From Paracoccaceae bacterium (GTDB taxonomy: Bacteria > Pseudomonadota > Alphaproteobacteria > Rhodobacterales > Rhodobacteraceae): DNA of 64,000 nt. The position numbers were made by a program, and so were the translations under genes. Every line of letters starts with the position of its first letter. The first letter of the stretch is position 1. The notes beneath the pieces were generated by a model that was not told the DNA's origin, made no database searches, and saw nothing but the letters and a program-made list of their open reading frames with translations. Positions 21,224 through 29,577 of the stretch are shown here, piece after piece. The stretch is from contig OZ245921.1 of NCBI GenBank assembly GCA_965229695.1, positions 274,772-338,771 of the forward strand, given 5' to 3'.

Positions 21224-21247
21224 CAAAAAAGGCCCACGCGGGGGCCT
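21224..21247 (-). terminator. Rho-independent terminator downstream of tRNA-Ser
   Basis: On the minus strand AGGCCC-CCGCGT-GGGCCT is followed by a T run. It begins 24 nt after the tRNA 3' end. Confidence 0.7.
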
Positions 21248-21271
21248 CGTCTCGGGTTCGCAAATCGTTTG

Positions 21272-21361
21272 TGGCGGAGAGACAGGGATTCGAACCCTGG
21301 AGACGGTTTCCCGCCTACACACTTTCCAGGCGTGCGCCTTCGACCACTCGGCCACCTCTCC
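21272..21361 (-). tRNA. tRNA-Ser (anticodon GGA)
   Basis: 90 nt: GGAGAGG acceptor, D arm GCCGAGTGGTCGAAGGC, anticodon loop CTGGAAA, long variable arm, T arm CAGGGTTCGAATCCCTG, encoded CCA. Confidence 0.9.
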
Positions 21362-21488
21362 GTGACGCGCGATGTAGCTTAACCCGGGCCAAGCGTGCAA
21401 GGCCAAACGGCAGAAAACCGGGTATGTAAAAAAGATTCACTTTTTTCGCCTCACCCCCTTGCGGGCCCGGGTCCCATCTCCCATATGA

Positions 21489-21509
21489 GTTAATGTGATT
21501 AACATTAAC
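21489..21509. promoter_or_regulatory. AT-rich inverted repeat GTTAATGT-N5-ACATTAAC (candidate operator)
   Basis: Perfect 8-bp arms lying 30-50 bp upstream of the first DUF2852 ATG. Also contains TTAAC three times. Confidence 0.4.
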
Positions 21510-21538
21510 ATCCACCAACCAAGATAAGGACCACAAAT

Positions 21539-21955
21539 ATGAGTGCCTCAACCACCCCCGTCGTCCACCAGGCCCAGGGCTGGTTTTCCAAAACCGAAGC
21601 TTGGCTAGATGCCAAAGGCAAAGGCGCATGGATCGCCGCCATGGTTTTGGGGTTCATCCTGTTCTGGCCAGTTGGCCTGGCCCTTCTTGCTTACATGATC
21701 TGGAGTAAACGCATGTTCAATGGTTCTTGCAGCGCCCGTCGGTCCTCGATGACCCGTCATAAGTTCCGCAGCTCGGGCAATACCGCGTTTGACGCTTACA
21801 AAGCCGACACGCTGCGCCGCCTGGAAGACGAACAAGACGCGTTCGAAGCCTTCTTGCAGCGCCTGCGCGATGCCAAGGACAAGTCGGAATTCGACCAGTT
21901 CATGGAAGACCGCGCCAAGGCCGCCGAGGCCGAAAAAGAAGAAGAAACCGCCTAA
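21539..21955 (+). CDS. DUF2852-family small membrane protein
   Basis: 138 aa. One hydrophobic hairpin, then GNTAFDAYKADTLRRLEDEQDAFEAFLQRLRDAKDKSEFDQFM. Confidence 0.8.
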   Translation: MSASTTPVVHQAQGWFSKTEAWLDAKGKGAWIAAMVLGFILFWPVGLALLAYMIWSKRMFNGSCSARRSSMTRHKFRSSGNTAFDAYKADTLRRLEDEQDAFEAFLQRLRDAKDKSEFDQFMEDRAKAAEAEKEEETA

Positions 21956-22029
21956 TTGGCGATGCTGCGGGCCCCAAACTGGGGCCCGCTCCCCTGCCCC
22001 CAATTCCGTTCAGAATAAGGATCTTTCCC

Positions 22030-22482
22030 ATGACGGCCGCCGCCTGGACTGCCTCCGACGACGCCTCGACCCAAACACAGGTACCCCTGCCGGTGCAAAT
22101 CCTGACCACGATTTTCTATGCCGGGTTTGCGATCTCAGTCTCGATTGTCGCCATGGCCATGTTCGGCCTGATCGGCATCCTGCTGGCCGTCTTGTTCGCC
22201 TGGCAATGGACCCGCCTGGCCGCATTGAACGCCGGTATCCGCTGGGAAAGCCCCTGCGCCACCAAGCGCGATGATACCCCGCCGCTTTCGCCCACCGGCA
22301 ATGCCAGTTTTGATGCGTACCGCGCCGATCAAATCGCCCGTTTGGAACAAGAACGCCAGGATTTCGAAACCTTCCTGCAGCGCCTGCGCGCAGCCAAGGA
22401 CAAATCCGAATTTGATCAGTTCATGGCCGATCACCCCGGCGCGTCACAGCCCCAAGCCGGTGACGACGCCCCCAAAGCCTAA
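22030..22482 (+). CDS. DUF2852-family small membrane protein (tandem paralogue)
   Basis: 150 aa. The same C-terminal block as its neighbour: GNASFDAYRADQIARLEQERQDFETFLQRLRAAKDKSEFDQFM. Confidence 0.8.
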   Translation: MTAAAWTASDDASTQTQVPLPVQILTTIFYAGFAISVSIVAMAMFGLIGILLAVLFAWQWTRLAALNAGIRWESPCATKRDDTPPLSPTGNASFDAYRADQIARLEQERQDFETFLQRLRAAKDKSEFDQFMADHPGASQPQAGDDAPKA

Positions 22483-22607
22483 GGTCTGACTACCCCTTCC
22501 GGCCTTAGCACCGGGCCGCGCCGCCGCCTCTCTCCCCCCTTTCAGGCTGGCGCGGCCCATGATTTACCTCAACACCGATCCCATCCTTGCGAGACGAAAG
22601 CCCCAAG

Positions 22608-23042
22608 ATGCCCTCCGCCCTGCCCGATCCCAGTTACGACCCCATGTTTTATGATGGCATCCCGGCCAAACGCCTGTTTGCTTGGGTGATTGATGTCATC
22701 CTGATCACGGTGCTGACCCTTCTGCTTGGTCTGCTGACGCTGACAGTGCTGCTCTGGATCTGGCCTCTGGTCTACATCACCGTCTCGTTTCTTTACCGCA
22801 GCCTGACCATCGCGGGCGGCTCGGCCACCTTGGGGATGCGTATGATGAATATCGAACTGCGTAATGCCTCGGGCCACCGTCTGTCACCGGGCGAGGCCGC
22901 GATCCACACATTGGGCTATCTGATCGCTGCGGGTTTTGTGATCATCCAACTGATCTCGATCTTTCTGATGGCCACCGGCCCCCGGCGCCAAGGCCTACAC
23001 GATCTGTTCCTGGGCACGGCCGCGATCAACCGGCCGCGCTAG
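22608..23042 (+). CDS. RDD-family membrane protein
   Basis: RDD-like layout: [18 protein letters not shown], three TM helices and a C-terminal [15 protein letters not shown] 22608 preferred over TTG 22587. Confidence 0.75.
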   Translation: MPSALPDPSYDPMFYDGIPAKRLFAWVIDVILITVLTLLLGLLTLTVLLWIWPLVYITVSFLYRSLTIAGGSATLGMRMMNIELRNASGHRLSPGEAAIHTLGYLIAAGFVIIQLISIFLMATGPRRQGLHDLFLGTAAINRPR

Positions 23043-23167
23043 ACCGCTCTGAACCCGGCTGGTGCGCCCCGCCGCTAACCAGCTTGAAAAAAACACCTTG
23101 CCCCCCAAGGCAGGCACGGTGCACCCTAGGCAGGCAAAGGGTATTCGACAGGGCCTGCCAGACCGCG

Positions 23168-24016
23168 ATGCGCCACACGCTTCCGATAGCGCCACAGTTT
23201 TATGTGACGGCTCCGCAAAGCTGCCCCTATTTGGATGGGCGGCGCGAGCGGAAATTGTTCACCGCCTTACAGGGCGACCAAGCCGAAAAGCTGAACAATG
23301 CGCTTTCAAAACAAGGCTTTCGCCGGTCGCAAAACGTGCTTTACCGTCCCTCTTGCACCGATTGCGCGGCCTGTTTGTCGGCCCGTATCCGGGTGGCCGA
23401 TTTCGACCCCAAGCGCGGGCAACGCCGCATCGCCAAGCGTAATGAAGATCTGATCCGCACCGCCCGTTCTGCCTGGGCCACCGAAGAACAATACGCGCTT
23501 TTCCGCACCTATCTGGATGCGCGCCACGCAGATGGCGGTATGGCGGATATGGATGTGTTCGAATTTGCCGCGATGGTCGAAGAAACCCCGGTGCGCACCC
23601 GCGTGATCGAATACCGCGATCCGGCGCGGCCCAATGATCGGGCCGATGCCGACCATGACGCGGCGCTTGCCGCCGTCTGCCTGACCGACATTTTGGATGA
23701 CGGGCTAAGCTTGGTGTATTCCTTCTTCGACCCGTCGCAGGCGGCACGCTCGCTGGGCACCCATGTGATCCTGGATCACGTGGCGCTCGCTCGCGAAGCG
23801 GGGCTGCCTTACGTCTATCTGGGCTATTGGGTGCCGGGCAGCGCCAAGATGGGCTACAAGGCCAATTTCCCCGCGCTCGAGGTTTATGCTGACGGCGAAT
23901 GGCGCGCGATGCAGGACACTGCGCAGTTTTCGAACAAAACCCACCCGCTTTCGGTCGATCCCATTGCGCAGCAGGTGGCGCAGATCACCCTGCCCGATCT
24001 GCGCGGCGAGGGGTAA
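23168..24016 (+). CDS. bpt: Arginyl/leucyl-tRNA--protein transferase (Bpt/Ate-type)
   Basis: Starts [31 protein letters not shown]. Contains [18 protein letters not shown] and YVYLGYWV blocks typical of Bpt. Confidence 0.85.
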   Translation: MRHTLPIAPQFYVTAPQSCPYLDGRRERKLFTALQGDQAEKLNNALSKQGFRRSQNVLYRPSCTDCAACLSARIRVADFDPKRGQRRIAKRNEDLIRTARSAWATEEQYALFRTYLDARHADGGMADMDVFEFAAMVEETPVRTRVIEYRDPARPNDRADADHDAALAAVCLTDILDDGLSLVYSFFDPSQAARSLGTHVILDHVALAREAGLPYVYLGYWVPGSAKMGYKANFPALEVYADGEWRAMQDTAQFSNKTHPLSVDPIAQQVAQITLPDLRGEG

Positions 24017-24022
24017 GCCCTT

Positions 24023-24406
24023 TTGGGAAAACTGGCCACCGTCACCCTTGTTGTGCCCGATTACGATGCTGCGCTGGCCTTCTTTGTTGGCGGCTTGGGG
24101 TGGCATTGCTTGGCCGATATCGACCAGGGTGACAAACGATGGATCACCGTCAGCCCGAGCGCCGGGGCCGGGGCAGCGCTGCTGCTTGCCCGCGCCAGCA
24201 CGGAGGCGCAGCGGGCCGCGATCGGCGCACAAACCGGCGGGCGCGTGGGCTTCTTTTGGGAAACCGATGATTTCGAGACGGATGCCGCCCGGATCACCGC
24301 GGCTGGCGGCAAACTGCTTGAGCAACCACGCGACGAACCCTATGGCCGCGTAGCGCAATGGCGCGACCCTTGGGGCAATCTTTGGGATTTGCTGCAGCCC
24401 AGCTAA
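24023..24406 (+). CDS. VOC/glyoxalase-family protein
   Basis: 127 aa, TTG start. Ends with a PYGRVAQWRDPWGNLWDLLQ block typical of VOC proteins. Confidence 0.7.
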   Translation: MGKLATVTLVVPDYDAALAFFVGGLGWHCLADIDQGDKRWITVSPSAGAGAALLLARASTEAQRAAIGAQTGGRVGFFWETDDFETDAARITAAGGKLLEQPRDEPYGRVAQWRDPWGNLWDLLQPS

Positions 24407-24421
24407 CCCAAGCGCGCACGC

Positions 24422-24466
24422 AAAAGAAAAGGGCCGGAGCGCATGACGCCCCGGCCCTTTTTCTTT
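24422..24466. terminator. Bidirectional rho-independent terminator
   Basis: GGGCCGGAGCG-CATGA-CGCCCCGGCCC stem (one mismatch), flanked by an A run and a T run. Lies between convergent genes. Confidence 0.8.
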
Positions 24467-24480
24467 GGCTCAAACCCGCC

Positions 24481-26835
24481 TTACGGCAGCAGGTCCGGCA
24501 CGATGGTCACGATGCCTGGGAAAAGCCAGAGCAGTCCCAAACCAACCACCTGGATCAGCACAAAGGGCAAGACCCCGCGATAGATATGGCCGGTCGTCAC
24601 CGATCTTGGCGCCACCCCCCTGAGGTAGAAGAGCGCGAAGCCAAAGGGCGGTGTCAGGAAGCTGGTTTGCAGGTTCACCGCGATCATGATCGTCACCCAT
24701 TTCGGATCCAGCGTACCGCCATAAATCACCGGCCCCACAATCGGGATCACGATGTAAATGATCTCCAAGAAATCCAGCACAAAGCCTAGGATGAACAGGA
24801 TCAACATCACCAGCAGGAACACGACCATCTCATTGTCGAAGGCGCGCAGGAACTGCTGGATATAGTGCTCACCCCCAAAGGAGATCAGCACCAGGTTCAA
24901 CAACTGCGAGCCGATCAGGATGGTGAAGACCATCGAGGTCACTTTGGCCGTTTCCCGCACCACCGGGCCCAGAACGCTGGTCCGCAAGAGCACCCAACAG
25001 CCATAGAGCAGGCCGAAGAAGGCAAAGTGATACGCGCCTTGGGCGATGACATAGGCCACCCAATCCTCAAACGGCACGCTTTCGCGGGTGATGCGCAGGT
25101 CGAAATTCACGCCCACCAGGATCATGATCACCACGGCAAAGCTGGCCCAGATGATGATCTTCGACCATCCATCCTCTTCCTTCAGCTTACGGTACGCGGC
25201 CAGCATGATCGCACCGGCAGCCCCCAGTGCGGCGGCTGGCGTCGGGTTGGTGATCCCACCCAGGATCGAACCCAGAACCGCCACGATCAGAACCAGCGGC
25301 GGGAAGACCACGCGCAGAAGTTCATTCTGCGACAGGCGCCCCATCGCGACCCGTGCGCCGTAAAGCGTAATGATCATTGGGATCGCCAGGATCATAAAGG
25401 TCGCGCCCGAGCCTGTGGTCGGCCCAATCAGCAGCACATCCGCAAGATAGGCCAACACAATCCCGCCCCCGCCGATCAACAACGGCAAAGGATCGCTTGA
25501 GGGTGAAACCCCGCGCGCCACGATCAGGATCAAACCCAAGAGGGTGAAGATGATCGCCACACCGGTTCCGATGGGGGCGACATTGGCCAGCGCCTCCGCG
25601 CGGGCGGCGGCCAGTTCTTCCTCGGTCAGCTCTTGCGCGACAGCGGTGTCAGTGCCGGCGGCGACCTGAGCTTCGCGTTCGGCCACGGCTTCGTCCCAGG
25701 CCTCCTGCCCGTGCAGTTCAATCATCGAGACCTGACACTGCTCGGACACATTAGTCCGCAGGCTTGGGCCCGCCTCGCGCTCGGCGTAGTCGGACACAAA
25801 GACCGATTGGCTGCCGACCAGGCCCGCCGACCCCGCCAGAACCACGGCCAGGATCAGCGCGCCAGGGGCGAACAGGTACCAAGCCAGGGCTTCGTTGCGG
25901 GTGATGGATTCGCCACCACCGCCTTCGATGGTCACCGGCGGCGCGCTGGATGGGCGCACCAGGGCAAACCCAAAGGCATACGCGCCGTAAAGGAAAGCCA
26001 GGAACAGACCCGGCAGCAGCGCGGCCTGGAAAAGCGTGCCCACCGACAAAACCGCCGGTTCGCCCAAGAACGTCAGCGCATCCGAACAGCCCGCAAGCTG
26101 AGCGCGGGTTTCCTGACCGGTGGCGTAAAGGTCACCCACCAGCGTACCCAAGAGAACGATCACAATCGAGGGCGGAATGATCTGCCCCAAGGTGCCCGAG
26201 GCCGCGATCACACCGGTCGCCAGCTCGGGCGAGTAATTGTTCCGCAACATCGTCGGCAGGGCCAGCAAGCCCATGGTCACAACCGTCGCGCCCACAATCC
26301 CGGTCGAGGCCGCCAAAAACGCACCCACGATCACGATCGAAACCGCCAGACCGCCCGGCAGCGGGCCAAAGACACGCGCCATGGTGGTCAGCAGGTCTTC
26401 GGCGATTTTTGACCGTTCCAGCGTGATGCCCATCATCACGAACATCAGAACCGCCAGCAGGGTTTCGATGGATTGCCCTGCGATCACACGCTCATTCATC
26501 CGGTTCACGATGAACGAAATGTTGCGGTCCATGGCCTGTTCCCAGCCGCCAGGGAACAAATGCTCTTCTATCCGCGGCAACTCTGGGTATCGGAAGACGG
26601 ATATGGCGTCTCGGGCCACCCCCTCGGCCACCAGGGCGGAATACTCCGCCGATCCGGTATCAATGGCTTGGTGGATCAACAGCCCCGCGCTGTCGAGCGC
26701 GGCGATGATCGCGAAGGAGATGACACCGGCGCCGCCAATGGCAAACGCCACTGGAAAGCCCGTCATAATCCCCGCAAAGAGTGTCAGGAAGACGATGATC
26801 AGCCCGATCTCGACCCCATCCATTCCGAAAAGCAT
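24481..26835 (-). CDS. TRAP transporter large permease (DctM-like), unusually long
   Basis: 784 aa. DctM-like N- and C-terminal membrane halves are separated by roughly 300 extra residues, including a charged soluble stretch (EAWDEAVAEREAQVAAG...EEELAAARAE) and extra TM helices. Confidence 0.8.
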   Translation of the reverse strand: MLFGMDGVEIGLIIVFLTLFAGIMTGFPVAFAIGGAGVISFAIIAALDSAGLLIHQAIDTGSAEYSALVAEGVARDAISVFRYPELPRIEEHLFPGGWEQAMDRNISFIVNRMNERVIAGQSIETLLAVLMFVMMGITLERSKIAEDLLTTMARVFGPLPGGLAVSIVIVGAFLAASTGIVGATVVTMGLLALPTMLRNNYSPELATGVIAASGTLGQIIPPSIVIVLLGTLVGDLYATGQETRAQLAGCSDALTFLGEPAVLSVGTLFQAALLPGLFLAFLYGAYAFGFALVRPSSAPPVTIEGGGGESITRNEALAWYLFAPGALILAVVLAGSAGLVGSQSVFVSDYAEREAGPSLRTNVSEQCQVSMIELHGQEAWDEAVAEREAQVAAGTDTAVAQELTEEELAAARAEALANVAPIGTGVAIIFTLLGLILIVARGVSPSSDPLPLLIGGGGIVLAYLADVLLIGPTTGSGATFMILAIPMIITLYGARVAMGRLSQNELLRVVFPPLVLIVAVLGSILGGITNPTPAAALGAAGAIMLAAYRKLKEEDGWSKIIIWASFAVVIMILVGVNFDLRITRESVPFEDWVAYVIAQGAYHFAFFGLLYGCWVLLRTSVLGPVVRETAKVTSMVFTILIGSQLLNLVLISFGGEHYIQQFLRAFDNEMVVFLLVMLILFILGFVLDFLEIIYIVIPIVGPVIYGGTLDPKWVTIMIAVNLQTSFLTPPFGFALFYLRGVAPRSVTTGHIYRGVLPFVLIQVVGLGLLWLFPGIVTIVPDLLP

Positions 26836-26883
26836 GGTTGATGTCCCTTTTCTGCGCGCGGCGGTCCGCGTCGTCTTTTTAGA

Positions 26884-27810
26884 TCAGGTCGAACCCGAAT
26901 GAATTGCGTGTTCTAGGTCTTCGGCCTCATCACCGGTGGTGTCCCGGTCGATGTATTTGCCCGCGCTTTCTTCGCCTTCCAGCCACTCCAGGTAAGAGCG
27001 CCAGAAGAACGCGATGGCTTGCAAGAAGACCATCACACAGAACCCGACCAGCAACACCTTGAACAAGAAATACGCGTTGAAGCCGTTCGGGCTGAAGCCA
27101 ATGGTTTCCACATTCCAGCGGAAGATCCGCGATTGCATCAGCATCCGGTCCAGATCGCCGGTGGCGGTCACACTGGGCGTCATCAGGTGACGCCACATGA
27201 AGAACCAAGCGTAGAGGTAGGTGATCGTGACCGCAGGCACCATGAAGAACAGGCTGCCCAACATGTCGATCACGCGTTTGGTGCGGTGCGACACCGCCGA
27301 ATAGACCAGATCGACCCGCACATGGCTGCCTTGCACAAAGGTGTAGCTGACACAGAGACAGACGATCATCGCGTTATAAAGCTTCAGCTCCTCACCCCAC
27401 CAACTCAGGTCTTGGGTGAAGGCGGTGCCAAGCGGGCCCAGCTGAATTTCCGCGACCCGGAAAATTCGCTGCAAAAACACGATCATAACCTGTTGCAGCA
27501 CCATCAAAAGGCCGGCCCATGCAAAAAAACGGCCAACGCCGTTTGCAAAGGCTTCCAAGCCGCGCACACAGGCCCAAAGGATCTCGCGCTTCCAGGCCAT
27601 GCCGAGCACAGAGATCACCAGAACCGTGGTGAAGATGACAAAGAAAAACTCGACTGAGCCACCGTAGTAGATAAAGCGCATCACCGCTTCGGGGTTGGAC
27701 CAGTTCAGCCAGTCACCCGGATTGGTGACCGCAATAAACAAGTGGTAGGGTGCCAGGGCGATATTCTGAAACACCCAAACAATAAAATCGATCATGCGGT
27801 GATCCCCCAA
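26884..27810 (-). CDS. TRAP transporter small permease (DctQ-like), extended
   Basis: 308-aa membrane protein lying directly between the dctM-like and dctP-like genes. Confidence 0.7.
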   Translation of the reverse strand: MGDHRMIDFIVWVFQNIALAPYHLFIAVTNPGDWLNWSNPEAVMRFIYYGGSVEFFFVIFTTVLVISVLGMAWKREILWACVRGLEAFANGVGRFFAWAGLLMVLQQVMIVFLQRIFRVAEIQLGPLGTAFTQDLSWWGEELKLYNAMIVCLCVSYTFVQGSHVRVDLVYSAVSHRTKRVIDMLGSLFFMVPAVTITYLYAWFFMWRHLMTPSVTATGDLDRMLMQSRIFRWNVETIGFSPNGFNAYFLFKVLLVGFCVMVFLQAIAFFWRSYLEWLEGEESAGKYIDRDTTGDEAEDLEHAIHSGST

Positions 27811-27913
27811 GACAAAGCCAGTGTCAGGCGATGTCTGAATGCGCGTTTGGAACGCGTTATTTTATGCTGCACCCGACCAAGCTTGGCCGGGTGCAACGAT
27901 CTCGTGTCGCCGA

Positions 27914-28999
27914 TTAGGCTGCGTTCACGCGGTTACGCTGACGCATGTATTCGCCGTCACCCAGTTCAAACCAGGTGGCCGACTCTTCCATCGACGCAAA
28001 GTAGCTTTCCGCGATCTGGGCGTAGATCGGATCGCCCATGTTTTCTTCGCGTACCTCTGCGGCGGCGGCACCGAAGGCATCCCACACATCTTCTGGGAAC
28101 TCGCGGGCTTGAACGCCAGCGGCCTGAAGACGCGCCAGTGCGGCACCGTTTTCGGACAGCGACAGAGCCAAGTTGTCCGAGTAGACCGCGCGGGTTGCGG
28201 TATCCACGATCACCTTCTGGGCGTCGGTCAGCGACTCGTAAACCTCAAGGTTGAACGAGAGCGTCAGAGCCGAACCCGGCTCGTGGAAGCCCGAGGTGTA
28301 GTAGGTGTTGGTCACTTCCTGGAAGCCCATGCGCTCATCCGCGAAGGGGCCGATCCATTCTGCACCGTCGATCTGACCCGAGGCCAGCGCCTGGTAGATC
28401 TCACCGCCTGGGATGTTCTGCACCGAGGCGCCGAGGCGACCCAGAACCTGACCACCCTGGCCCGGCATACGGAACCGCAGACCCTGCAGGTCGTCGGCCG
28501 AGTTGATCTCGGTGTTGAACCAGCCGCCGGGCTGCATGGCGGTCGAACCACACATGAAGGATTTCAGGTTGAACAGACCTGCAAGTTCGTTGTGCAGATC
28601 ATGACCACCGCGGTGGTAGTACCAGTTGGCCATTTCCTGACCCGTCATGCCGAAGGGCACCGAGGTAAAGAAGGCAAAGGCCGGATGCTGGTTCAGGAAG
28701 TAGTAGTCAGCCGAGTGATAGATGTCGGCCTGACCGGACGACACGGCGTCGAACACTTCAAAGGCGCCAACCAGCGAACCGGCGGGCATTTTGTTGATGG
28801 TCAGCTGACCATCGGTCATGGCAGTGATGCGGTCAGCCGCCATTTGGGCTGCGTCATCAAAAATTGCGAAGCCATCAGGAACCGAGGTGACCATGGTCAG
28901 CGTACGGTTGCCTTGCGCATAGGCCGGTGCGGCCAGCGTGGTCGAAGCGGCGGCTGCGCCACCCAGTGCAGACGTTCTCAGAAAAGAACGACGATCCAT
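27914..28999 (-). CDS. TRAP transporter substrate-binding protein (DctP family), Tat signal
   Basis: Starts MDRRSFLRTSALGGAAAASTTLAAPAYAQ (twin-arginine signal) with a GGAGG RBS upstream. The rest of the 410-aa ORF upstream looks non-coding. Confidence 0.85.
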   Translation of the reverse strand: MDRRSFLRTSALGGAAAASTTLAAPAYAQGNRTLTMVTSVPDGFAIFDDAAQMAADRITAMTDGQLTINKMPAGSLVGAFEVFDAVSSGQADIYHSADYYFLNQHPAFAFFTSVPFGMTGQEMANWYYHRGGHDLHNELAGLFNLKSFMCGSTAMQPGGWFNTEINSADDLQGLRFRMPGQGGQVLGRLGASVQNIPGGEIYQALASGQIDGAEWIGPFADERMGFQEVTNTYYTSGFHEPGSALTLSFNLEVYESLTDAQKVIVDTATRAVYSDNLALSLSENGAALARLQAAGVQAREFPEDVWDAFGAAAAEVREENMGDPIYAQIAESYFASMEESATWFELGDGEYMRQRNRVNAA

Positions 29000-29342
29000 A
29001 AGGTATCCTCCCCATGTGGACGCCCCCGCATACGTTGGTGACACGGGTGGCTCGGTAACAAAGTGCGGGCAACGTAGCGAAGGGATCGCGGCGTTGGAAC
29101 AGTTTTTCGGCCTGAAACACGCATTTTTGTAAAAAAATCTGACCAAAATAGGCCAAAACGACGCGATTCAACCTAAAGTTGCGCGTCGTTAGCGGTAACG
29201 AAACTTACCGAATGAAATCTTTTCTGATTAAAGCGAATTTTTTTGACCGATCAAGTCACAATGACTCGACCTTTCCCATTCGGCAAGACGCATCAATGTT
29301 GCGCCCTGACACCCGATTGCGACATGTTTTGCAACTTGGCCA

Positions 29343-29371
29343 TTGACGGCATTTTTCAGCCCCCCTACTGT
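29343..29371 (+). promoter_or_regulatory. Candidate sigma-70 promoter for the ilv leader
   Basis: TTGACG, a 17-nt spacer, then TACTGT. Ends 30 nt upstream of the leader-peptide ATG. Confidence 0.3.
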
Positions 29372-29400
29372 CCCCGCACATTCGACGAAGGGACGCCCCG

Positions 29401-29448
29401 ATGGCACTCATTCTAGTACTTGTAGGACACACGCGCATGGGTTGGTGA
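29401..29448 (+). CDS. ilv operon leader peptide MALILVLVGHTRMGW
   Basis: 15-codon ORF with six consecutive Leu/Ile/Val codons. AGGGA RBS 8 nt upstream. Followed by an intrinsic terminator ahead of ilvB. Confidence 0.6.
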   Translation: MALILVLVGHTRMGW

Positions 29449-29472
29449 TTTCACCCCATCTTGACCCCATGC

Positions 29473-29503
29473 GCCCTCGGAACCCGACCGGGGGCTTTTT
29501 TTT
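29473..29503 (+). terminator. Attenuator (intrinsic terminator) in the ilvB 5' leader
   Basis: GCCCTCGG-AACCCGA-CCGGGGGC stem-loop followed by T8. Ends 75 nt upstream of the ilvB ATG. Confidence 0.75.
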
Positions 29504-29577
29504 GTCGAATGGCGATGAAGACGCAGCAAAGATGAGATCAGAGCCAAAAGGGCCGCTCAAAAGGAAGGATACCCACA

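Noticed and set aside
21047-21406. 119-aa ORF spanning the tRNA region
   Set aside because: It is the translation of tRNA-Ser and its flanks (...AEWSKAHAWKVCRRETVSRVRIPVSPP). The cloverleaf explains the sequence.
21489-21509. Identification of the AT-rich palindrome as a Zur box, CtrA box or dif/Xer site
   Set aside because: The half-sites resemble TAATGT/ACATTA and TTAAC. However, the arm spacing is 5 nt rather than the consensus spacing of those sites. By hand it matches only about 13 of 22 positions of the E. coli dif core. It is kept only as an unassigned candidate operator.
27868-27895. Stem-loop between the dctP-like and dctQ-like genes, considered as a terminator
   Set aside because: The stem is imperfect (one mismatch) and has no T run on the minus strand. 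It is more likely an intercistronic mRNA-stabilising hairpin, and the support is too weak to annotate it.
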